Assembly (NCBI GenBank): GCA_010015805.1
Contig: ML978127.1
Span: 620,001-684,000 of the forward strand
Direction of reading: 5' to 3'
Origin: Rhizodiscina lignyota
Taxonomy: Eukaryota
DNA: 64,000 nucleotides
Part shown: positions 26,126 to 36,890 of the stretch, in pieces
How the letters are laid out: each line of letters begins with the position of its first letter
Position numbering within the stretch: position 1 is the first letter of the stretch
Position numbers and translations under genes: made by a program
Notes under the pieces: model-generated
Database searches by the model: none
What the model was told of the DNA's origin: nothing
Seen by the model: the letters and a program-made list of their open reading frames with translations, nothing else

Positions 26126-27385
26126 CTATAATTTCGAGTCTTCCGTGGCATCTTCGTACATTGTCGCAATGTCCACCGGTAGCTTGGTTGCCATCGACTT
26201 CTTCACAGCTTCGCAGACAATGACTGCCCTTAATCCATCTTCTCCAGAGCATATCGGGCGCTCCTGGCCTCGTAATACTCTAATCAAGTGCTCCACTTGT
26301 AGCTCGAACGCAATTTCTTCCTTGACATTCACTTTCTCCTTGACTATATCATTGCTCCAGTTCTGCTCCGCACCTCCATAAGTCCACGTTTCCATGTCAC
26401 CGAGGCTCAAACTTCCGGCGCTTCCCAAGATCCTTAAAAATCCTTGCCGTGTAGCAGGAAAGAGGGGATTATCGCCTGTTCCCTGCTCATAGCTCCATGG
26501 ACTGCTCACTGCGTCGCTCAATACAAACGTCCCCACGACACCGTTCTCAAACTTGAGCACCAGCGCCACCCCCTCTTCGGCGTCGAAGCCGCGCTGTTTG
26601 ATCGTTTCCTCTGCATGTACGCGCACAATGGGGCCGATGAGGTAATGCAGCATATCTACTTCATGAATTAGATTAATAAGAATTGGCCCGCCATATTTGG
26701 ACGAGCGACGCCAAGTTGTGGGCTCGTCAAAATACGATAATGGTTTGTGAAGACCCCAGAGGCCACTGATTGCAATTATCTGGCCGAGCCTCGACTGATC
26801 GAGCAGTTGCTTTGCGGATCGAATGTATGAGTTGAAGCGGCGATGGTGGCCGACAAGGAGCGACAGCTTTTGCCGGGAGGCATGCGAGACCTGAGAGGTA
26901 TAGTTGTAAGACAAGCTGGATTTTGAATGCTATTGAGAGCGGTGTTGTATGACATTTGATTAAAATAAGATATGCTATTGTATTTTTATAGCTTGACGTT
27001 AAAGAAAAGGATATCCAGATGATGGCGCTCCGAATGCCTTTGCAGTACTTACCAGATCTTGACCGCTTTGAATATCAGGTGAAATGGGCTTCTCAACAAG
27101 TACATTGACACCGCCACTGAGTAGCTCTTTGGATATGCCCACATGCGTACGGTTCGGTGTACAAACATACGCCGCATCTGGCTTGTGCTCAGACTCGAGC
27201 AATTCCTGAACGCTCCGTAATCGAGGGACTCCGAGTCCATCCGCAACGGCCTGAGCAGCTGGGAGAGGGTCGACAATACAAGTCAGCTTTGCCTCTGGAT
27301 TCCCCAATACTGCTTGAGCGTGACGAGGACCAATCATGCCAGTACCAACAATGGCGATCTTGACTGCATTATTAGTTGAGTCCAT
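26126..27385 (-). CDS. qutH: Gfo/Idh/MocA-family oxidoreductase (QutH-like)
   Basis: IAIVGTGMIGPRH, VCTPNRTH, VLVEKPI, VGHHRRFN and GGPILINLIHEVD. Intron 26891..27052. Position inside the qut cluster supports the call. Confidence 0.88.
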
Positions 27386-27825
27386 GCTTGTGATCTGATT
27401 GAAGCACACGGAAAAGGGTTGACCAGTGAAACAGACGATATGTATATTAGGAGAAGTAAGATTTATGTCTTAGAATTTTATAAATTGACTGCAAAACGCG
27501 TCCCATCTGCTCTCATTCGCATCGTGAGCTCGGATGTCAGAACAACTGCCCGGCGGGGGGTCAATCGTGGTTCCAACTGAGGGGATACAATGCTTACTAT
27601 GTGTTGGGATGAATGCTACTCCATGACACTCAAGAATGAATAATATATCCATACAGCACGACCCTCTCCCCAAACAGGAGCAGTAGGTCCGGCTCCCCCA
27701 TCACGGCGTTCCCCAGTTCGAAAGCGAAGGAAAAGACGCGGAATATTTTTCCGCGCGAGATTCTTTTAATGCATGCAGTTTGCAAGGGTCGTATCTTAGA
27801 TGCCCATGGGCCCTTGCAATTTCCC

Positions 27826-27841
27826 GGGTAAGCATTTACCT
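27826..27841. promoter_or_regulatory. QA-1F/QutA activator binding palindrome
   Basis: GGGTAAGCATTTACCT matches GGRTAARYRYTTAYCC at 15/16 and lies in the qutH/qutC divergent promoter. Confidence 0.78.
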
Positions 27842-28360
27842 AGAGTAATCTGCGGGCCGTGTCGTACTTTCACTCAACGTCAACACCACTTACGGAGTAT
27901 TCCCGTCAGTAACCGCCCTGTGAATATTAAAATGGTTACACATGGTTTGCCTGAGAGAAGACTCCAGCGATAACGTTTATCCGCCGCCGTGATCCACGGC
28001 AATGCTCACAACTTTGCCATATCCTATCACTGCGGTACTCGAGCTGGCACTTATCTCAGTCAGTCCACAGATGGCTAGGTGCATGTAAATGCCTACAGAG
28101 TACGTATCTCATCATCTTTCGCATTCGTATACGTCAAACGAAGGCAAACGCCACTGCGACCTCTATTTCCTCATCCTTTCCAACTCACCCTTTCCAAACA
28201 CCTTTGAGTCGCGTTTCTGCAAGGATTATCTCCTGTACAACTTTGCTTTCAAGATACCCTAGACTTTCTCCTACTGGTTTAATAGACTCCGCCGATACGA
28301 TCTCATTCCAAACCGCGTTTCACGATCACATACAAAGTTGCCGAAGAAGCCTCAGTGAAA

Positions 28361-29461
28361 ATGCCACAACGTGCAGCAATAGCATCTATGTCCTTGGGCC
28401 GCGCATGGGTCCACAAGCTTCCAAACAAACTCGACCAAGCCGCGAAATACGGATTCGAAGGTATCGAGATGTTCTTCGAAGACATTGAGTACTTTGCATT
28501 CGACATGTTTCACGTCAATTCGCCTTCGGACCTCACACAAGACAACTACATCGACGCCGCGTCGGCCATACGAACGCTCTGCAATGATCGCGGCCTGGAA
28601 ATTGTGTGTCTTCAACCGTTCATGAACTACGAAGGTCTCCGGGACAGGGAAGCCCATGCTAGGCGGCTGGAACAGATGAAGCTATGGCTGCGGATTGCCA
28701 AGGTCTTGGGGACAACTATCGTTCAAATTCCGTCTAGCATGCTGCCCGAAGAGGAGCTGAGCGGTGACGTGGACGAGATGGTACAGGATCTTCAAGAAGT
28801 AGCAAACCTCGGCCTTCAAGAATCGCCAGTGATTCGATTTGCATATGAGAGTTTGGCGTGGGGAACCTTCGTGGACACATGGGAACAATGCTGGAAGATC
28901 GTTGAGATGGTGGATCGACCCAACTTTGGAGTTTGTTTAGACACGTACAACATCGCCGGTCGTGTTTATGCAGATCCCACAGCAGCTGAGGGCAAGACTC
29001 CCGATGCTTTGTCAAACATCATGGCGTCGATAGAACGACTTCGCAACACTGTCAACGTGGAAAAGGTGTTCTTTGTGCAGGTTGTCGATGCGGAAAAGCT
29101 TGAGCAGCCACTCATTGAAGGCCATCAGTTCTACAACCCTGTCCAACCGGCACGCATGAGCTGGTCAAGGAACTGCCGGCTATTCTACGGCGAGCAGGAC
29201 CGCGGCGGCTACCTGCCCGTGAAGGAAATCGCTGACGTATTCCTTAATGGCATCGGCTTTGAAGGATGGTGGTCGATGGAACTGTTCAATCGGTGCATGG
29301 CTTTTGAAGATCCAGGCATACCTGAAGAACTAGCTCGCCGGGGTATGGAGTCGTGGATAAAGTTGAAGAGAGACTTGCACATTGTTGATGCTAACAATGA
29401 CGATGGTGATATCGCGCCAAACGACATCCAGTACGACTACCGACTCCAGTTGAAACTTTAG
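28361..29461 (+). CDS. qutC: 3-dehydroshikimate dehydratase (QutC / QA-4; AP endonuclease 2/xylose isomerase-like TIM barrel)
   Basis: AIASMSLGRAWVH, LQPFMNYEGL, FAYESLAWGT, NFGVCLDTYNIAGR, VQVVDAE, RMSWSRNCRLFYGE and WSMELF. Intronless. Confidence 0.96.
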   Translation: MPQRAAIASMSLGRAWVHKLPNKLDQAAKYGFEGIEMFFEDIEYFAFDMFHVNSPSDLTQDNYIDAASAIRTLCNDRGLEIVCLQPFMNYEGLRDREAHARRLEQMKLWLRIAKVLGTTIVQIPSSMLPEEELSGDVDEMVQDLQEVANLGLQESPVIRFAYESLAWGTFVDTWEQCWKIVEMVDRPNFGVCLDTYNIAGRVYADPTAAEGKTPDALSNIMASIERLRNTVNVEKVFFVQVVDAEKLEQPLIEGHQFYNPVQPARMSWSRNCRLFYGEQDRGGYLPVKEIADVFLNGIGFEGWWSMELFNRCMAFEDPGIPEELARRGMESWIKLKRDLHIVDANNDDGDIAPNDIQYDYRLQLKL

Positions 29462-29891
29462 GGAAACCCAAGAAGTGGAGTCATTACAGTTATATCTCTT
29501 TCACTCCTGGTGTATGCAAGCGGATAGAAGAAAGCGAAGTATCTGACTTGGTGAATTCGGCGACTAGTGCTAGCTTGATGCAAGAATAAAAGTCGTAAAA
29601 CGGAGTTTGTCTATGCGCTCTGCGTGAAAGGAGTAGTTGGCCCGCGAGACTTCACATACTTGCCAATATTTTCGTTGGCAATGGCAGGATGTCGAAATAC
29701 TCGCTCACGGACTGATGAATCTATGTATTGTGATGGGCGACACGTTCCACTCTTTCCACATGTCAAACCGATGCAAGCCTACACTAGCAATACACCAACT
29801 TAGCACGAAATTTTGATTGCGGTTCCCGCCAACAGAGATAGCCACCGCTGCACACGTTCGCATGTCTGGGAGCCTCTATGTGGCCCGCCAT

Positions 29892-30656
29892 TCACGTGGC
29901 GCCATTCGGCTTCTTTTGCTTCGCTGCCAATTGATCGTGCTCATCGATGTCTCTGCAATACTGTCAGTTTAACATTCCTCGGACCGGTTACCAATAATTG
30001 GATCTCAACTTACGTTGCCTCCCACGGATAACAAATCCACACATCTCCTGTTGTTTCGGCAGCCAGATACCTATGGTTATCCACCATTTCTTTTGGCAGA
30101 TGGCCCTTTTTGACTTTGTCCTTGTTGTGCAGTACGAAGATGCTGAACTTCGTCTCCTCTCCAGCTCTCCCAAGGTGCTTCGCCGCCTCATCAACATCCT
30201 TTTGGAGCTCTCTGACAGCATATTCGAGCGTTGTTCGGGTATCGTCCACCTCATCCACAATGAGGACATTCTTGCCAATCAAGTTTGCCATTTCCAAAGA
30301 AGACAAGTCAAGCCATTGTGTCCTGGTCACTTTTGTGCCTGGCTCTTCCACCGGGTTCTCTGAAGTTGTACCAAGTGTTTCATAGAGGGAAAGGCCGATT
30401 GCTTGAATGGGGATGTTGGGCGCACCAGGCCGTTTGAGGAAGGATCTGTGTCACTGGTAAGCCTCCACGTCCATCTTGGAAAGAAGAAAGAAAGCTCTTG
30501 ATCACAATGAACATACCGGAGAATGCGGGCAGGGACATAACCGCCTCCGCCAATAGCGATCATGAGGTTGGGCATGAAGTCATTGAGGATACGCTCGGCG
30601 TTGGCTTGACATAACTTATGCACCTCATTGTAGGTCACATAAACTTTTTCGACCAT
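29892..30656 (-). CDS. Xanthine / hypoxanthine-guanine phosphoribosyltransferase (Xpt1/Hpt1-like)
   Basis: MVEKVYVTYNEVHKLCQ, AIGGGGYVPARILR, PRPP-binding VLIVDEVDDTRTTL and WICYPWEATDIDEH. Two introns. Confidence 0.93.
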
Positions 30657-31598
30657 GATGGGCAGGCAGAGAACTTGAGGAGGAGAGAGGGTAGTAGGTT
30701 CTTCTCAAGGGGGATCTTTCCCAAAGAGATGTTGCCTTGCGCCAACGCCGCCAGAAAAAGTGCTCGCGATGCCGCCAAGCCGCGCCCTTATTGGTGAGCT
30801 ACATTCACATCCTACTTTACGTTCCTCGATCGGTTAATCTGAAACAGATAACGACTTTGGGGCATAGCGCCTCTGCCCAGACTCTCTCATTATTCCTTAT
30901 TAACTCATTGAACATGGATACATCTATTGTTGTAGTAATTCGCTGAGTATTAGTCAAAAAGACCACCGGAAGAGCGCGACCCTGTGTCATCCGTGTGGAA
31001 CGCTTTGAACGCCTGTTCACGTGCACGTCTGCTAATAGAAAGGGCCCTTCAATCCACCGTGATTGAGTTCGAGGAAGCTGAACCAGCCGCTGCGAATAGC
31101 CATGGTGGCCGGCCTGTGGCTGGACGACAGAGTCTGGAAGTTTCTTCGCTTCAATCTTCGGTTATAAGCCTTCTTTCTAAACATGGTGTAGAGAATTCTC
31201 AAGTCTCTCCACTTTATAAGCTCTCTATAATCGTAACTTCTCATCAACAATTTTATTTCGTATAGTCTCCTTTCCATCCTCTCTCTGAGGGCCGCGTGCC
31301 ACGTCGCACGTGTTTGATACACTTAACTGGCAGGGCTAGGGAGGTAGCCACATCCTTGCGACATGACGGAGTGGCGCATGCCAGGGTCCAATCGATTCTG
31401 GCCCCGCGTTGATGGTGATCTTTGATCGCTAGAGTAAAGCATTCCTTGTGGTTATCTCATAACTGAGACCTGAAAGGACGTCATAATGGTGGGGAGCGCA
31501 CGTCTACTTAAGAGCCATTCCGGAACCTAGATCAGAGCTTACACTTGTCCCTCAAGAAAGTAAAACGATTCCGCCTGAGTTTCAAAATTTCGCACAAA

Positions 31599-31988
31599 AT
31601 GACAGACGAAAACAAGCAGAACAAGAGTACTTAATTCCGATCAGCAGCAATGCTTTCTCACGATTACTCTAACACTTCCCAGGCGCCATCGGCGGCCTCA
31701 CTGGTGGGCTCGCCGATACACTGGGCAGCGCTGGTAACACAGTTGGCAAAACCGTAGGGGGTGTCGCGACCACAGGCAAGTGGAAATTTCTCTTCCATGA
31801 TACTCCAGCTGACGGTCATCACAGTTGGCGACACTGTGACGGGACTCGGAAAGGGCGTCGGAGACACTACGAGCAATGTGGCATCCGGCGTCGGAGACAC
31901 TGGCAAAAGCGCTGGAAGGACTGTTACGGACACTGCCTCAGGCGCGAAGAACGATCTGGGCTATGGAGACAAAGGGGACAAGCAGTGA
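31599..31988 (+). CDS. Small Gly/Thr-rich protein with 11-residue repeats (LEA-like)
   Basis: Introns 31627..31682 (GT-AG) and 31776..31824 (GC-AG) give MTDENKQNKSAIGGLTGGLADTLGSAGNTVGKTVGGVATTVGDTVTGLGKGVGDTTSNVASGVGDTGKSAGRTVTDTASGAKNDLGYGDKGDKQ. Confidence 0.75.
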
Positions 31989-33961
31989 TCGTGCTGGAGG
32001 TGGACTGCCCTTGAATAATCGGCGTAATCTGGTCCCCGGAAGGCCTTAATGAGTAATGGTTTAAATTTTAACGCCGAGCTCGCGATTACTATGCAAATAG
32101 TATCTCGATGTACAAATATTATTACGGAGTACCCAGCAATCATTCATCTGATTGGCCAGTATCGACTGCGATGATGAAGCCGCTTCGCCCTGTGCCATGG
32201 ATTGAGTCACAGCCACACTCGACGGCATCCTGGACATCAGAGCTTCGAGTCAACCTTTATATTCAGTAAATCATTCATAGCCCGGCAAGAAAGAAAACAT
32301 GCCTGTTAATTCAGTGGAAGAATACTTGGTTTGGGACCAAGTGCCCGGCGTTCGATTCGCCGACGGGCCCAAATTCCCTTTTCTTTCTTTTTTCTTTTTT
32401 CCACCTTCGATTTCCGGCGACGTCTCCCTCTGCATATCCAAGGTCTTCTCAGCATACCAAAGTTAGCAAAGTTAGGAGTGCCAGTTGTGAACTCTATTGA
32501 TGCTCGGAAAACGCGCAAAGGCGCCAGCAGAACGACTTCGTTTGGTATTGCAGGTGCTTCCACAATAGGCATGAGGCGTGGAGGAACAATTTCATAGGAT
32601 TTAATGAAAGATAGCAGAGCAAATACAACAGCGTTTGGGGACGAATTCGCTAAATTTCATACAAGCTCCAGTAATAGTACGACCTGCCTGAAGAATCAAT
32701 ACTGACTCGTGAAGTGCTAGGCCGAAGGGTCGTGCATCCGTTGCCGAACGCAGCTATTGCGTAAGATGAGCGACGTCCAACATATGGAAATGGACTTGCA
32801 GACGTCGCTTATTGTCGAGTCGTATAGAAGCATATCCAGTGGTACGATGACGCATGAAGAACTATTCTGTCGCTGTAAGAAAAGATACGCGTATCGACTA
32901 ACCACCAACAAGCTCGTTCGAGCACACGATCGCGGCGATTAATCTTCTCGCCCAAAGCTTGAACGATGCAGTATGGATTACAGGTCTAATCCGATTCAGT
33001 CGACTCCCATTGATGCAAAGCTGTAGCTGAATGGATACACGAGAACACCGTGTGTCGAATGAAAGCGACATGAAATTCGATGGAGCCCAATGCATGACGC
33101 TGGCGCTGGCCTGAGGATGAGTGGGCTGCCTTATGGGCGCGGCGGTGGAAATGACCAGGAAATAGTACGTCAGCCTTAGTAGAACAACTTCCAATTGCAG
33201 TCGTAAGGCATAAGAAAGAAGGCCAAAGCTTCAGGCACATGAAAGAAAGAACGGGACAGGCACAGCTTGGAGCACAAATCCGCGCTTTGTTGGGCGTTGC
33301 GCCCAGAAGCGGGCAGTTGAAGGACAATTGGCACGGTTTGCGAGCGGCGTGAAAGGCAAACGGCCAATGATAGGCGGAGTATGCGCCTTGGAGGCTCAGT
33401 GGGAGGCGCTGGCGCTGCGTGTATCTTTTAACTCTACGGCCACTTGCCAAGCCGTCATACCAAGTCAAATTAGAGCAACGCTAAGCTGCACCGCGACCCG
33501 ACGACATCACAAAACACCTTCACACACACCACCACCTCGCTCCCTCAACTCTCCCTCCGGCCTCACTAAAGAGCGACAGCAGGACCTTCGCCTGGCAGCT
33601 GCCTGCTGTCCAGCCGCCTGCACCTCGAGAGCGAGCGCCGAGTACCTCATTGACGCCCTACCGCGCTTGGGCCTCGCGACGACGCCCTTCCACTTCACTC
33701 GAACAGCAAACAACGTCTTGCTGTACCGACGCTGACTGGAGCGCAACGCCCACCTTGAGACTGAAATCCCGGCCGTCGACAGTCCATGAAAGTGTTTCAG
33801 GCGCTGTAGAGGCGGTCAACACTGCCCACCCCCCACCTCCACGCTCCCACACCTTACTCGGCGACATAGTTACTCCATGGGACTTTCGACGCCGACGCTC
33901 TCCTAGCCGAACTCCTCAACTTGTTCTCACTCTGCACATATTCGTGAGGTGAACGCCCAGC

Positions 33962-36890
33962 ATGGAGCCACAGTGGTCGCAGTACGCCGAGAGCCCATTG
34001 TCTAGCCGCCAGGCGCGGTATGCTCCCCACGCCCAAGGACAACAGCAACATACACCGCGCGATCCCCACCTTGCAGCGGCAGTCAAGGCAGACCCATATC
34101 TCACCTCTGCAGTGCCCTCTCGCGCTGCCTCCATGAGCCTGGGGACCCCCAGCGCCCCCCAAAGCCGAGGACCTTACAATGGAGATGGCGATGGCGATGT
34201 GCAAATGGAGGATGCAGATCCATACAAGACAAAGCAGGCAGGACGACCAGGACATCAGCGGATGCACTCTGCCCAGTTGATTCAACAGGAAGAATCCACT
34301 GCTGCGCGGCGATATTCGCCTATGAACATGTCACCCTCGTCCCCATACTCTGCAACGCCGCAACAGGGCCAAGCTCAATTCGCTGCATTCACCCCACACA
34401 TGAATGCAAATAGCCAATCTCCAACGAGAGGAAGTTTTCCGATGTCATCAAATCATGGCTACTACTCCCCCCCTGGTAGGGACATTTATTCCATATCTAC
34501 GTCACAGCAGCTGATACCAGTCATAGCTTCTCGACCTCATGCGCCACAGCTCCCTCCATTGCAATCTAACTTGAGCCCTGAAGGCTACTATCCACAAGCT
34601 TCTGCCAATGCCATGTCCATGGTCTACGGAAGAGAGCCTAAATCTCCACGTCAGCCGGCGTCATCAACTCAGCCGGCGCAAGTAACGAAGGGCCCAGTGC
34701 CAAAATTCACAAAAGTTTTGCGGGTGTCAGAACTGCCAACAAATGTCAATGAGCAGCCAGCATTTCGACGAGCCAACCCTGACGGTGGCTTTCTCAGCGT
34801 GAGTGCATACCAATCCTCCACAACTGGTTCCTACTAATAGATATGCTCGACAGCCTCTCCAAGCCCTCACGACTCAGTTACCTGCGACTTACAGGATATG
34901 CAACCCCGGGTTCAAATACGAGTCTTCTCGAAATCCACGAAGAGTGCTCACGAAGCCAAGTAAGGGTGTGAAAAATGATGGCTATGACAATGAGGATAGT
35001 GACTACATTCTCTACGTCAACGACATCTTGGGCTCGGAAGAGGCGGGCCATAAGAACCGCTATCTCATCCTGGACGTACTCGGGCAAGGTACATTCGGGC
35101 AAGTCGTCAAATGCCAGAACCTCCGAACGCAGGAAGTCGTGGCAGTCAAAGTTGTGAAGAATCGCACAGCATACTTCAACCAAAGTATGATGGAAGTGTC
35201 TGTATTAGACTTGGTATGTTTGCTTGCCCATTGTATATGTATTACTTGGCAGCTACTAACCCTTCAATAGCTCAACAAGCAGATGGACAAGAATGACGAC
35301 CACCACCTTCTTCGACTGAAGGATACGTTCATCCACCGCCAGCATCTCTGTCTGGTGTTTGAGCTCCTGAGCGTCAACTTGTATGAACTAATCAAGCAGA
35401 ACCAATTCCGAGGCTTGAGCACGACTTTAGTTCGAGTCTTTGCACAGCAGCTTCTGAATGGACTCGCGTTGCTTGGCAAAGCAAAACTCATACACTGCGA
35501 TCTGAAGCCCGAGAATATTCTTCTGAAGAAGTAGGCGAATCCGGAATGAGATTTAAATACCCGCAACTAACATGGTACAGTCTCGAGAGTCCAATCATCA
35601 AAATCATCGACTTCGGCTCGGCTTGCGATGAGCGGCAGACAGTCTATACATACATCCAATCTCGATTCTACCGATCACCAGAGGTCTTACTGGGTCTCCC
35701 ATACTCCGCAGCTATCGACATGTGGTCGTTGGGCTGCATTGTCGTAGAGTTGTTCCTTGGCCTTCCACTCTTCCCTGGATCTTCGGAATACAACCAGGTC
35801 GCCAGAATCACGGAGATGCTCGGCCTTCCCCCAACATGGATGTTGGAGATGGGAAAGCAGTCCGGCGAGTTCTTTGAAAAAGTTCATGATGAGTTTGGAA
35901 GGCGGAGCTATCGGCTCAAGACTATGGAACAGTATGCGCGTGAACATGGAACCAAGGAACAGCCAAGCAAGAAGTACTTTTCTTCGACTACCTTACCTGA
36001 GATTGTCAAGAATTATCCCATGCCGCGGAAGAACATGAAGCCTGCGGAGATTGAGCGAGGTGAGTGTACTGATTCCTACCTGGTCAACCACAGTACTGAC
36101 GAGGCTCGCAGAAATGTCGAACCGGCAAGCTTTTATCGATTTTGCACAAGGCCTACTTAACCTCAATCCCTTAGAGCGATGGACACCAGCGCAAGCTCGG
36201 CTGCACCCCTTTATCACGCAAGCCAAATACACTGGCCCCTTCGTCCCTCCCATGACTCTCAAGCAAGGCTCCAGCAAATCTCCAGCTCCAGGCGTTCAGG
36301 AGCAAATGAAACATGAAGCCGCGAGCAAGCAGCGTGCACAGCATCAAGCGCAAATGCAAGCTCAGTCTGCTGCCTACGCGAACATGCAAATGAACCCTGC
36401 AGGATACCCTCAGAGTCCACAATCGTTGCAGTCGCCTGCTGCAATCTACAACAACATGTACAGTCCGAATCCCCAAGGAGCGCCACCTCCATACCAGCAG
36501 CAGCCCGCCCCGTACGCGAATCCCCCGCTCGCCATGATGCCGCAGGCTGCCCAAACTGCGCCGAGATACCAGTCCCAGGTACAGCCTAATCTCTACACCC
36601 AGGCGACGACTCGAGCCGGCAGGCAAAGAGCAAGCACGATGGACCAGCAGCAGAGCGGTATTCCTCCAGCAATTCAGCGAGTGATAAGCCACCTCGATCC
36701 AAACGCGCCGATCAGGCTTCAACCAAGTCCGGCATATTACCCTCCGCCGCCAGATGGCGCTCCAGATGCTTCAGGCAGCTCACGGAGGAGGAGTAGCAGG
36801 GCAGGAGGAAGGAGCAATAGGGACTTCATCAGGACATTGGAGGATCGGACTCTTGAAGAGGGATTCATGAACTCAAATCAATGGCAGTGA
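33962..36890 (+). CDS. YAK1: DYRK-family protein kinase Yak1
   Basis: [49 protein letters not shown] and activation loop [15 protein letters not shown]. Five introns and Q/P-rich termini. Confidence 0.96.

Noticed and set aside
27968..27982. CGATAACGTTTATCC, a QA-1F-like site
   Set aside because: The spacer is one base short of the 16-bp consensus, so it was not counted.
21700..28000. CreA-like SYGGRG hexamers in qut promoters
   Set aside because: Too short and degenerate to distinguish from chance.
7600..33000. Impression of lower GC content in and around the qut cluster, next to a tRNA (island or HGT idea)
   Set aside because: Not quantified. The genes carry normal fungal introns and no integrase, terminal repeats or target-site duplications are visible. 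It would need GC3 analysis and phylogeny.
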